Source: a virus
IMG/VR virus record: IMGVR_UViG_3300042892_003815
Location: 32,001 to 96,000 of that record
Direction: 5' to 3' (one strand)
Length of the DNA stretch: 64,000 nt
Position 1 is the first letter of the stretch; the number at the start of each line of letters is the position of its first letter. Below are positions 39,741 to 48,993 of this stretch, piece after piece. A model generated the notes under the pieces. That model worked only from the letters and a program-made list of their open reading frames with translations, ran no database searches and was not told the origin of the DNA. Position numbers and translations under genes: made by a program.

Positions 39741-39917
39741 ATGAAAAAAGTATTATTCGCTGTAATGGCAATCGCTGCAATTTCTTTAACATCTTGCAAA
39801 AAAACTGAAACTGTAGATACAACTACAACTGTTGATTCAACTGCTGTTGATACTACAACTGTTGATTCAACTGCTGTTGATTCTGCTGCTGTTGACACTA
39901 CTGAAGTAGTTAAGTAA
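39741..39917 (+). CDS. Small Bacteroidetes-type lipoprotein (58 aa; not in ORF track)
   Basis: MKKVLFAVMAIAAISLTS-C signal peptide II/lipobox, then VD(S/T)(T/A) repeats; terminator at 39935-39966. Confidence 0.85.
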   Translation: MKKVLFAVMAIAAISLTSCKKTETVDTTTTVDSTAVDTTTVDSTAVDSAAVDTTEVVK

Positions 39918-39999
39918 TTAAATGTACTTGGTATAAAAAAGAGAAACAGAAATGTTTCTCTTTTTTGTTTTTAGGAATTGTGTATTTAATATATAGTTT

Positions 40000-40905
40000 A
40001 TGAATTTAAAACAACTTAGAGACTTTTATAATAATAAACCAGTTGAGTTTGTTATTAAAGAACATTATAACTTAATAGAGGATAATGAATACATACCTCG
40101 TTTCTCTTTAAAGAATGTTAAGGATATTGCAAATATACCTATCAATCAACCAATTAAATATTCTGATCAAATAATGACTAAGGCTATTAAGTATGGTATG
40201 ATGTTTCTATTAAACTATAAAGGTGAAAAAGATAAACACTTCGCAGGTCATGAGAGAGTTATATACCCAATGGTACTTGGACGTTCATCTCAAGGTAAGA
40301 TGTTGTTAAGAGGATGGCACTTAAATGGATGGTCAGTATCTCAAAGAAGACACATAAATAAGATTTGGAGACTTTTTAGAACAGATAGGATACTTTCTAT
40401 GACTTTTACCGGATCGTTCTATAGATTACCTCCCGCAGGTTATAATATGAATGATAAAGGTATGAGAGGTGGTATTGTTGTTAGAGCAGATTTCAATGAA
40501 ATTAGAAGAAATCAACAAGCACTAGTAAATCAAAATAAAATACAAAATAGAGAAGAAGTTACTATTGGTGAAAAAGATAAAACTTTTGCTTCTATTCAAG
40601 TTAAGGAAACCGAAGAATCTAAATTAGATTTGATGAAACCATTTGAAAATGTTTATGTAAATAATAATAAAGATATGGCTGGATTAAGAATATCATTCTT
40701 AAAAAGTATTTATGGTAACAAGTATATAGCGGTTTTGGGTGCATTGGGACAACCCGGTAATACAGTTAGAGTTTTAACTGATAAACAAGTGAATCTAGGT
40801 GTTTTTAAAGTACTTGATTCTATTACTGGTGATGTTTTAAAAAGTATTAAAAATGTAAAGGGTAATGCTTTATATGATTTGTATTTATTCGATAAAAAAC
40901 TTTAA
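40000..40905 (+). CDS. WYL-like domain protein
   Basis: ERVIYPMVLG...LLRGW...WRLFRTDRILSM pattern. Confidence 0.6.
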   Translation: MNLKQLRDFYNNKPVEFVIKEHYNLIEDNEYIPRFSLKNVKDIANIPINQPIKYSDQIMTKAIKYGMMFLLNYKGEKDKHFAGHERVIYPMVLGRSSQGKMLLRGWHLNGWSVSQRRHINKIWRLFRTDRILSMTFTGSFYRLPPAGYNMNDKGMRGGIVVRADFNEIRRNQQALVNQNKIQNREEVTIGEKDKTFASIQVKETEESKLDLMKPFENVYVNNNKDMAGLRISFLKSIYGNKYIAVLGALGQPGNTVRVLTDKQVNLGVFKVLDSITGDVLKSIKNVKGNALYDLYLFDKKL

Positions 40906-40935
40906 TATATAGTATATAAAAATAATTAAAAAGTT

Positions 40936-41523
40936 ATGATTAAGAAATTTGAAAACTTTGATGATAATTCAGAAGAGTTCAATGAGAAGAAAAATTGGAT
41001 CAAAGATGCAATTAAGAATCCAGGTGCTTTGAGAAAGTCTTTAGGTAAAAAAGATGATGATAAAATTTCTAAAAAAGAAATCGAGTCAGAACTTTCTAAA
41101 TTAAAAGCTAAGGATAAAGATAAGAAAAAACCAGGTACTCAATTAGATAAAAAAGATGCTACTAAAAAAAGAAGATTAGAGTTGGCAAAAACTTTAAGTA
41201 AACTTAAAGCAATTAAGGAAAATCACGAAGAAGAAAATTATATGTTTTTTAGTAATTTAGAAACTATCAAAAGATTAGTTGATAAGTTATTAGAAATGGA
41301 TAAAACTGAAATTGATGAAATGTTAAAAGAACACGATTGGGCATCAGATCACGTTACATCATCTAAAGATGATATTGAAGAAGTATTTAACTTTATTGCA
41401 GGACATAATGATTCAGAAGAGGATTTTGGATATGCTACACACGATGGTAGTTTTGGTGGTGATGATTCTGAAATTGATGAAGATCCAATGCAACACTTAA
41501 AAAGTTTTTTCGCAAAGAAATAA
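40936..41523 (+). CDS. Hypothetical protein with CTS-like N-terminus; basic N-half, acidic C-half
   Basis: MIKKFENF; NWIKDAIKNPGALRKSLG; C-terminal HLKSFF. Confidence 0.75.
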   Translation: MIKKFENFDDNSEEFNEKKNWIKDAIKNPGALRKSLGKKDDDKISKKEIESELSKLKAKDKDKKKPGTQLDKKDATKKRRLELAKTLSKLKAIKENHEEENYMFFSNLETIKRLVDKLLEMDKTEIDEMLKEHDWASDHVTSSKDDIEEVFNFIAGHNDSEEDFGYATHDGSFGGDDSEIDEDPMQHLKSFFAKK

Positions 41524-41551
41524 TTAAAACCTCTAAAAATAAAATATAAAT

Positions 41552-42016
41552 ATGAAATTATCAGAAAACTTAGACTTAGGTGAATTAACAAGAAGTGAGT
41601 CTGCTAGAAGAGTAGGTATATCTAATGCACCAACCACAGAACATATTGAAAATATGAAAAAATTAGCTACCAATGTTTTTCAACCAATTAGAGAACATTT
41701 TGGTGTTCCTATTTTTATCTCGTCAGGGTACAGAAGCAAGGCTTTAAATACTAAAATCGGTGGAAGTTCTACAAGTCAACATAGTTCAGGCGAAGCAATT
41801 GATATTGATATGGATGGTAGTTCAAGTGGAGTTACAAATAAAGAAGTTTTTGATTTTATTAAAGATAACTTAGAGTTTGACCAACTTATTTGGGAATTTG
41901 GAAGTAAAAACAATCCTGATTGGGTTCATGTTTCTTATGAGAGTACTGGTAGACAAAGAAAACAAGTTTTAAAAGCAGTTAAAGTAAATGGTGTTACAAA
42001 ATATGAAAACTATTAA
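41552..42016 (+). CDS. Peptidase M15A (endolysin-like D-Ala-D-Ala peptidase)
   Basis: ISSGYRS, SQHSSGEAID, DQLIWE, WVHVSY. Confidence 0.9.
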   Translation: MKLSENLDLGELTRSESARRVGISNAPTTEHIENMKKLATNVFQPIREHFGVPIFISSGYRSKALNTKIGGSSTSQHSSGEAIDIDMDGSSSGVTNKEVFDFIKDNLEFDQLIWEFGSKNNPDWVHVSYESTGRQRKQVLKAVKVNGVTKYENY

Positions 42017-42149
42017 TAAAATAATTGTAAAGAATAATTTAAAAACCTCACTATTATAGTGAGGTTTTTTCTTTTAAACTAACATGTTACTATTTCATAT
42101 AAGTTAAGTTTAACTCCTTAATTAGGAATTAAAAAATAATAGCATATGA

Positions 42150-42563
42150 ATGAACGAATTAGACCTTTTCTTAACTCATCTTTTTACTAATATTGATAAT
42201 GAAGATATTATCTTATCAAAAAAGATGAAATATGGTTATAGACATTACTACTTAAATGTCAATGTGCAAAAAGAAGAAAAAGAAGACAAAAACTCAATTA
42301 ATAATTCTGGTATTTATTTATCTGGTGGTGGAGACTTTTGTATCACAATTGATAATCGAAACAAATGTATTGATATATTTTCTAATTTTGATAATATTGT
42401 TGTTGAGGATAAAGACTTAGTAGATAAATGGACCGAAATATTTGAACAATATATTCAAACTGGTCTTGAAAAGGAAGTTGGGAATTTAATAAATAATGTA
42501 TTCTCAAACTCAACACAACGGAATTTATTGAGAGATTATAAATTAAAAAAAATTGATATTTAA
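42150..42563 (+). CDS. Hypothetical protein with C-terminal RDYKLKKI motif
   Basis: ORF track; TAAAC-N18-TATAAG upstream. Confidence 0.7.
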   Translation: MNELDLFLTHLFTNIDNEDIILSKKMKYGYRHYYLNVNVQKEEKEDKNSINNSGIYLSGGGDFCITIDNRNKCIDIFSNFDNIVVEDKDLVDKWTEIFEQYIQTGLEKEVGNLINNVFSNSTQRNLLRDYKLKKIDI

Positions 42564-43059
42564 TATGAACTTATTTAGTCAAGAAGAAATAGATAGAATT
42601 ACTAAAGCTAAAGAAACTAACGATAAGTTGGAAGAGTACTTTAATGATAAAAGATCAGAGTGGAGTAAAAATGTTGACCCACTTTTTAAATCACTATCAT
42701 TAGATTTAGTAAATCCTACAAATTCCAAAGTAATATTAGATACACAAGCTATTGCACTTTCATATAGACAAATGTTGAATGAACAAATAAACTTCTTTTT
42801 AAATAAACGAAGTAGAGAAATGACTAAAATTAAAAAACTCAAACAAGATAAGTTTGTTTTTTATGCGACAGGATTTGGAATAAAAACAAATATGGGAGAG
42901 AAGGGTATTTTAATTGATGGACATTTAGCAGAAAATGATAGAGCAATGGAAATTATAGAAGCTTATATTTCTTATATGAGAGATACTGTTAAAAATCTTG
43001 AATCATTAGGATTTGCAGTTAAGAATATGATTGAGTTGATGAATTATTTAGGAAAATAA
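42553..43059 (+). CDS. uvsY: UvsY-like recombination mediator
   Basis: C-terminal GFAVKNMIELMNYLGK resembles T4 UvsY GFAIKHIQDMRAFEAGK; helical composition. Confidence 0.55.
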   Translation: MIFNMNLFSQEEIDRITKAKETNDKLEEYFNDKRSEWSKNVDPLFKSLSLDLVNPTNSKVILDTQAIALSYRQMLNEQINFFLNKRSREMTKIKKLKQDKFVFYATGFGIKTNMGEKGILIDGHLAENDRAMEIIEAYISYMRDTVKNLESLGFAVKNMIELMNYLGK

Positions 43060-43086
43060 AAAAAAGAGACATTAAGTCTCTTTTTT

Positions 43087-44163
43087 TTATTTATCACGCT
43101 CTCTTCCCTTTTCAACGTCTATTTCAATACCTGCTTGTTTTAAAACCATTACACCTTCAGAACAACCATAACATAGATTTTTATTCTTTGATTTACCTTC
43201 ACAGTCATCACATCTTTCACGATCACCATCGGTATCCCATAATCTATAACATTTCCAAGAAGGAACATTAGAAAGTTCATCTTTATCTTTATTTAAACAA
43301 AATAATGTATCCATATAAGGATATTTGGAATGTTTACCATCTACCTTAACAGATATTTCTCCAAATACTTCTTTACCATTATACTTAAACTTTACTGCAG
43401 GTGTATCACCACAAGCCATACTCTGTTTGTATAACCATCCATTTTTATCTGCATATTGTGTAAATTTATTTACTTCATAATCACGATTTGTATAAACTCT
43501 ATCCATAAAATATTCTGCATCACAAGGAGATTTATCTAGTTTCCAAACTAATGCTCTACCACATATTTTACCATCTTCAAGAAGAACTAGTAATCTAACT
43601 TTCTTCTCATTTTTAGTGTATATTTTAAGAAATGATGGATGTCCAGTCATGCAAGAACTACCAAGAGTTCCAGAACTTGTATCAGAGTAGTTTTTTTCAG
43701 TATAACCTGATTTTATTTCATCACCAACATAAAATCTAAAATCATCTTCTCCTTCATCGGCAATTGATTTATAAACATTTACAAAGTCTTCTATTTGTTT
43801 ATCAGTGATTTTAATGTCATATAAATCTTTTGCTATGTATTTTATGGCTCTACCAACTTTAACATCAGTTCTTCCAGGCATATTATAAGGATCTTTAACC
43901 TCATCTTTTATTCTATTTGTTTGGATAAAAGAAACTTTGTCTTTATCATCAGTTGTTTTAAAGAAATCTTGTTTTAAATCTATCTCAGAAACCCAGTCTT
44001 TATCATTAATTCTTGATAAAATCATATCTGCAATTGTAGATGAAGTATTCGACTGTCTTGATATTTTATATAATTTAGATAAGAAACTTGTATCTGCACT
44101 TAAAAATGCTTCTAATATAAGTGTTGATTCATTTATTAAAAATTGGTTATACTTACTAATCAT
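43087..44163 (-). CDS. Hypothetical protein: CTS-like N-terminus, SCM-domain family, C-terminal Zn knuckle
   Basis: MISKYNQFLINES; TLGSSCM, CGRALVW, FMDRVY, YPYMDT; CDDC...CYGC. Confidence 0.75.
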   Translation of the reverse strand: MISKYNQFLINESTLILEAFLSADTSFLSKLYKISRQSNTSSTIADMILSRINDKDWVSEIDLKQDFFKTTDDKDKVSFIQTNRIKDEVKDPYNMPGRTDVKVGRAIKYIAKDLYDIKITDKQIEDFVNVYKSIADEGEDDFRFYVGDEIKSGYTEKNYSDTSSGTLGSSCMTGHPSFLKIYTKNEKKVRLLVLLEDGKICGRALVWKLDKSPCDAEYFMDRVYTNRDYEVNKFTQYADKNGWLYKQSMACGDTPAVKFKYNGKEVFGEISVKVDGKHSKYPYMDTLFCLNKDKDELSNVPSWKCYRLWDTDGDRERCDDCEGKSKNKNLCYGCSEGVMVLKQAGIEIDVEKGRERDK

Positions 44164-44278
44164 TATATTATTATAAATTTACCTTTTAGACACATTGAAA
44201 GTTTTGAAGCTTTTAATATTTTTCATAAACTATATATTAAATAAAAAACCCATCTTTTTTAAAAAAGATGGGTTGTTT

Positions 44279-45349
44279 TTAAGAATTGTATTTAAAATTA
44301 TGATTCTCTTCAATATTTAGAAGAGTTTCATAAATCAACTCTATAACATTTTTAATATCATTCTTATGAACAGTCTCTGTCGTTGTGTGCATATATTTCA
44401 ATGGCAGTGAAATAAGTGCCGAAGGAGTACCACCATTTGCATAAGCAAACGCATCGGTATCTGTTCCAGTTGATCTCGAAGATGCTGCTAACTGGTGAGG
44501 GATTTTTTTAGCCGTTGCTGTATCTAAAATCAATTGTCTTAATTTATTATGAACTGCAGGACCTCTTGTAATAACACCTCCATCACCAGCAATGTGATCC
44601 CCTTGTTTACTTGCGGTATAACAAGGTGATGATGTTTCATGACAAACATCAGTTACAATAGCAACATTTGGTTTAATAGTGTGTGCAATCATTTCAGCAC
44701 CACGTAATCCAATTTCTTCTTGAACAGAATTAACAATGTAAAGTTTAAATGGTAGTTTTCTACCTTTCTCTTTTAATTTTCTCGCAACCTCGGCAATCAT
44801 AAAACCACCAATTCTGTTGTCAAGAGCTCTACCAGAGTAGTAATCGTTACCAAGTTTCATCAACTCATCTTTAAAAGTAACTACTGTACCAACTTTAATA
44901 CCCATTTTAGCAACATCTTCTTTTGAAGAAGCTCCAATATCGATAAAAATTGAGTTTAAATCAACCTCTTTCTTTCTATCAGAGATATGTATCGCTGGAT
45001 GTCCAAAAACACCTGTAACGGCACCTTTTTCTCCCCATAGATTTACTCTCATAGAAGGAGCAATTTGTACGTCAGAGCCACCATTTCTGATAACTCTAAT
45101 ATATCCTTTTGAGTCAATATAGTTTACAAACCAACTGATTTCATCAGAGTGTGCTTCGATAACAACTTTAAAGTCAGACTCTAAATTACCGGTAACACCA
45201 TAGGCAGTACCATAATTATCAAGTTCTACTGAATCAACATATTTCGCAATATTGTCCATCCAAACTTTTTGTCCACCTAATTCATACTCAAAACCTGTTG
45301 GAGAAGTACTATTTAAGTACTCTTTTAAAAACTTTTTGTTTAATTTCAT
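44279..45349 (-). CDS. M42 family aminopeptidase (TET/FrvX-like)
   Basis: EAHSDEI, RALDNRIGG, VQEEIGLRGA, TDV, LKYMHT. Start moved to MKLNKKF at 45349. Confidence 0.92.
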   Translation of the reverse strand: MKLNKKFLKEYLNSTSPTGFEYELGGQKVWMDNIAKYVDSVELDNYGTAYGVTGNLESDFKVVIEAHSDEISWFVNYIDSKGYIRVIRNGGSDVQIAPSMRVNLWGEKGAVTGVFGHPAIHISDRKKEVDLNSIFIDIGASSKEDVAKMGIKVGTVVTFKDELMKLGNDYYSGRALDNRIGGFMIAEVARKLKEKGRKLPFKLYIVNSVQEEIGLRGAEMIAHTIKPNVAIVTDVCHETSSPCYTASKQGDHIAGDGGVITRGPAVHNKLRQLILDTATAKKIPHQLAASSRSTGTDTDAFAYANGGTPSALISLPLKYMHTTTETVHKNDIKNVIELIYETLLNIEENHNFKYNS

Positions 45350-45373
45350 TTTAGATATTTTTAATGTTCTTAT

Positions 45374-45427
45374 ATTATACATGAAAATATAATTTAGTTT
45401 AAACAAAGTTATCAACTTTGATATAAT
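45374..45427. promoter_or_regulatory. Divergent pair of TAAAC-N17-TATAAT promoters sharing palindromic GTTTAAAC (45397-45404)
   Basis: Plus strand: TAAAC 45400-45404, TATAAT 45422-45427. Minus strand: TAAAC 45401-45397, TATAAT 45379-45374. Confidence 0.65.
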
Positions 45428-45431
45428 CATT

Positions 45432-45758
45432 ATGAAATTTAGACTAATTAAAGATTTAATATTAAATACCGGGTTTGAAGAAGAAGTTATTCTTGAAAAA
45501 GGTGATGTTGTAGAACCTAGTAGTGAAGGAGATTATTTATTTCCTAAATTAAATAGAAGATATTCCAAAGATGAATTACTTTCAAAATCTGAGATATTTG
45601 AAAAATTACCAGAATTAAAATTGGATGTAAGAGAAATTACAGAAGATGACGAAAATAAAATAGGTAATTGGAGAATACAACTTGATATAAAAACATCCAG
45701 AAAAAAATTAAAAGAAATAGAGAAGTTTATAAGAGAAAATGTAAATGAAATGCTTTAA
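45432..45758 (+). CDS. Hypothetical protein
   Basis: ORF track. Confidence 0.7.
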   Translation: MKFRLIKDLILNTGFEEEVILEKGDVVEPSSEGDYLFPKLNRRYSKDELLSKSEIFEKLPELKLDVREITEDDENKIGNWRIQLDIKTSRKKLKEIEKFIRENVNEML

Positions 45759-46025
45759 CTATTTGAAGAATCCAAATCTTCTCATTCTAGTTTTATCAGA
45801 CATTTTCTTATACTCATCGATTATATAAGACTTTAACTCATCATCTAATTCAACACCAATCTCAAATGCTCTCTCATAGTCATCTTCACTTGAAAATAGA
45901 ACATCACCATCTATTACTTTAAATGAGAAGTCTTCACCATTGATAGTAACTTCAAGGTCATTACCGTGTACATCTAACGGTTCAATTTCAAAATTAAACT
46001 CTTCAAATAAATTTAAGTATTTCAT
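45759..46025 (-). CDS. Small acidic protein with CTS-like N-terminus (MKYLNLFEEF)
   Basis: ORF track. Confidence 0.75.
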   Translation of the reverse strand: MKYLNLFEEFNFEIEPLDVHGNDLEVTINGEDFSFKVIDGDVLFSSEDDYERAFEIGVELDDELKSYIIDEYKKMSDKTRMRRFGFFK

Positions 46026-46996
46026 TATTCTTCTGTTTTCAATAGGTCTTCTAAGTATAAGTAGATATATTTATTATATCTTTTTAAGATGAATGGATCA
46101 ACATTTCTTTTAATATCACCATATAATCTAAATCTACCTAAATTTTGAGTAAGTTTATCTATTCCTTCCCTAGGAGTTGTGATTGTTGGAAACATTGTAA
46201 CTATTTCTTTAGCAACTGAGAAGGCAAATGCCATAACTTCATCTTTATTAGAGAAATATTTCTTCGGATCTTTTGGTTCTGGTAATGCCATATCTATATT
46301 AGGTCTTCTAGAATGTTGTCCAATATGTATTTGTTCGTGTTTAAGTATATCACCAAGTGGAACTTGATCAAAGAAGTCTTTTGGTATAAATGGCATTGGT
46401 AAGTTTAAAACAACTCTAGGTTTTTTAGTAACTGGATTCACTAAGGCAAAAAACTGGGCAGATCTTGGTGGTGCGGTTGCTTTATCTCTTTCAGGTAAAT
46501 CATTTAAGAAAGTATTATAATCAACAATCTCTATGTCATACTCTGTACCAAGTGAAGTCAATTCTGACATTTGGAATCTATGGTGTCTAGGATATGTATT
46601 TATTTCTCCCATTAAACCATCTATGTAATCATTTTTATAATCAACAATTGCCTCATTTACTTTACTTTCTGATATACCTAATATAGAGTGAATATCTTTT
46701 TCAATCATTTCAACTCCTGCTTCCATTGATTCTACTTGTTCTTCATAGTCAAGTACATCATTGGCAATTTTAGTAACTTTCATATCATCAATGTCAAATT
46801 CATATCTAACATTCATACCATTTGCAGAAAAATTTATAAACAACTCATGGTCATCTTTATTCTCCCACTCATATATAAGTGTATCACTATTTTCAGTGTT
46901 ATCAAGTAAATCTTTGATTTCTTGCATTCTCATGTCTAAATAACTATCTGGGTTAGTGACATTTTCTCTAATAAATTGGTTCCAGTTTTTAATCAT
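46025..46996 (-). CDS. Zincin-like (HExxH) protein with CTS-like N-terminus
   Basis: MIKNWNQFIRE; LKHEQIHIGQ with downstream EVMAFA. Confidence 0.65.
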   Translation of the reverse strand: MIKNWNQFIRENVTNPDSYLDMRMQEIKDLLDNTENSDTLIYEWENKDDHELFINFSANGMNVRYEFDIDDMKVTKIANDVLDYEEQVESMEAGVEMIEKDIHSILGISESKVNEAIVDYKNDYIDGLMGEINTYPRHHRFQMSELTSLGTEYDIEIVDYNTFLNDLPERDKATAPPRSAQFFALVNPVTKKPRVVLNLPMPFIPKDFFDQVPLGDILKHEQIHIGQHSRRPNIDMALPEPKDPKKYFSNKDEVMAFAFSVAKEIVTMFPTITTPREGIDKLTQNLGRFRLYGDIKRNVDPFILKRYNKYIYLYLEDLLKTEE

Positions 46997-47379
46997 TTTA
47001 ATTGTTCTTTTGTTAGTGTGTATATTCTAGATTCTTTACTACCCATCTCAATAGTAATATCCGTTTTTGTTGCAATTTTATTCCACACTGGATGGTCTTC
47101 TGATGATGGTAAATATATCTTACTCAATTTGAACTCATCAAATATTTTATTTAGAAATAACTTACCAACTCCTGAATTACTGGGTGTTGTATCAATTCCA
47201 AATAAAAGTAACTCATCATCATTCATTTTAAAAGGAATATTAATAGTTGATTTGTTATCTATCAATAATGCCCTACCTTTTCCTAAATCACATTTAAACT
47301 CACAATTGATTCCATATGTTCCTTTAAAAAATTTAAAATCATTAGATTCAAATAATTTATAACTATCCAAGTATTTCAT
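46993..47379 (-). CDS. Possible GNAT-like protein with CTS-like N-terminus
   Basis: MKYLDSYKLFES; IDTTPSNSGVGKLFL resembles GNAT motif A. Confidence 0.45.
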   Translation of the reverse strand: MKYLDSYKLFESNDFKFFKGTYGINCEFKCDLGKGRALLIDNKSTINIPFKMNDDELLLFGIDTTPSNSGVGKLFLNKIFDEFKLSKIYLPSSEDHPVWNKIATKTDITIEMGSKESRIYTLTKEQLK

Positions 47380-47449
47380 TGATTATATATTAAATTCTAT
47401 TAAACAAAAAATCAATTTTTTCATATAATCTCTAATAATTAAATTAAAT

Positions 47450-48232
47450 ATGGCAGGAAAAGTAAAGTTAAAAGTAGTACCAAGTATGTTTAGTGACTTC
47501 GTGGAGAAGTTAAATACTGTAGCATCCATTGATGACACCGTTAAATTAAAGATAGATAGTGAAAATATTCTAATGTATGCAATGTTAGGCGGTGGTAATG
47601 TTATTTTGGCATTCAAAAACTTCTTACTACCTACAAAAGAATACTTTGATAATGATATGGATGACTTTTCATTAGATATTATTATACCATCTGCTAAAAA
47701 GTTTGTCAAAAACTTAGCATTCATAAAAGATATGGATAAAATCGGATTTGATGTTTCTTATAAAGAATCTTCAGATGATGATTCACTATATATAGCAAGA
47801 GGTCTTCAAATATCTTCTGGTAAATTTAAAGTAAATTGGTTAGGTGGAGAAGGCGGAACAATAAGAGACATTGGTAAAGCGGCATTAGCGACTAGATTAG
47901 ATGTCAGAAATAAAAAATGGACTTTTAATGTTCCTAATAGTGATTTCTTAGATATTAAGAAACTATCTAGTATAAATGGTGAGAGAATCATAAATATGGA
48001 TGTTGTTAAAGGTGTTGTTACTTTATCAGAGAAATCTTCTTGGGAATTAGAAGTTGATAATCTAAACGATGATAGAGTCGCTAGTTTGATTTTAAATAAA
48101 AGATTTTTAAGTTGTATAAATGATAAGATGGATTCAATAGAATTTATTATCTTTGATAACTTTATGTTGATAAAAGATGAGAACTCAAATTTGATGTTGA
48201 GCTTCGAGCAAGATTTTAGTGATGACGAGTAA
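47450..48232 (+). CDS. Probable DNA sliding clamp (gp45/PCNA-like)
   Basis: 260 aa, alternating alpha/beta pattern, early-type promoter, near PolB; no diagnostic motif. Confidence 0.45.
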   Translation: MAGKVKLKVVPSMFSDFVEKLNTVASIDDTVKLKIDSENILMYAMLGGGNVILAFKNFLLPTKEYFDNDMDDFSLDIIIPSAKKFVKNLAFIKDMDKIGFDVSYKESSDDDSLYIARGLQISSGKFKVNWLGGEGGTIRDIGKAALATRLDVRNKKWTFNVPNSDFLDIKKLSSINGERIINMDVVKGVVTLSEKSSWELEVDNLNDDRVASLILNKRFLSCINDKMDSIEFIIFDNFMLIKDENSNLMLSFEQDFSDDE

Positions 48233-48401
48233 TAAAATAAGTTGGAGTGTAAATGAAAATAATCAAAGATTTACATTTAAAATACCACTTAAAGAGTTTG
48301 AAAGAAAAAATAAATGGTGGGAAGTCTGGAAAAAGAATGATTTTAATAATAAATATATAAATAGACAAATAAAAATAATAAAGATATTCAACATTGAATA
48401 A
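48219..48401 (+). CDS. Small hypothetical protein
   Basis: Overlaps both neighbouring genes; KWWEVWKK motif. Confidence 0.45.
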   Translation: MMTSNKISWSVNENNQRFTFKIPLKEFERKNKWWEVWKKNDFNNKYINRQIKIIKIFNIE

Positions 48402-48927
48402 AAAACAACCAAATAATAAAAGAAAACATAAAATAAATGACGATATTAAGTCATTTGAAGTTAGACTAATCGTTACCGGTGCGGCACCAGAAATAATCAG
48501 AACTAAAGACGCACTTCGTCTTGCAGATGAAGAAGGAAAAGATCTTATTTTAATAAATGAGAATCAAGATCCACCTATTGCCAAAATTGAAGATTATGGT
48601 AAGTATCTGTATAACATTGAGAAAATGTTAAAAGAACAAAAGAGAAACTCAATTAAGTCAGAATTAAAAGAAATAAAACTTTCTTGTAATATTTCAGATC
48701 ATGATTTAGAAATTAAAGCCAGAAAAGGTAAAGAGTTTCTTTTAGATAATGATAAAGTAAAATGTGTTATTCAATTAAAAGGAAGACAAAAAGGTAATCC
48801 AGATAGAGGACAATTAGTAATGTTAAAATTTGCTACAATGCTTGATGAATTTGGAATTGCAGAAAATGTACCAAAACTTGAATCCAGTAAATGGCTTATG
48901 ATATTAAAACCAAAAAAGAAGAACTAA
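48394..48927 (+). CDS. infC: Translation initiation factor IF-3 (TTG start)
   Basis: KINDDIKSFEVRLI, DPPIAKIEDYGKY, LKEIKL..NISDHDL..K, DKVKCVIQLKGR. Confidence 0.92.
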   Translation: MNKKQPNNKRKHKINDDIKSFEVRLIVTGAAPEIIRTKDALRLADEEGKDLILINENQDPPIAKIEDYGKYLYNIEKMLKEQKRNSIKSELKEIKLSCNISDHDLEIKARKGKEFLLDNDKVKCVIQLKGRQKGNPDRGQLVMLKFATMLDEFGIAENVPKLESSKWLMILKPKKKN

Positions 48928-48993
48928 TGTTCTTCTTTTTTATTATATAACTTTTTTATCTAAAACTTTTTTCACATGAATTATATAATTTCT

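Noticed and set aside
39680-39898. ORF-track 72-aa minus-strand ORF
   Set aside because: It is the antisense shadow of the plus-strand lipoprotein at 39741-39917, which has a signal peptide and terminator.
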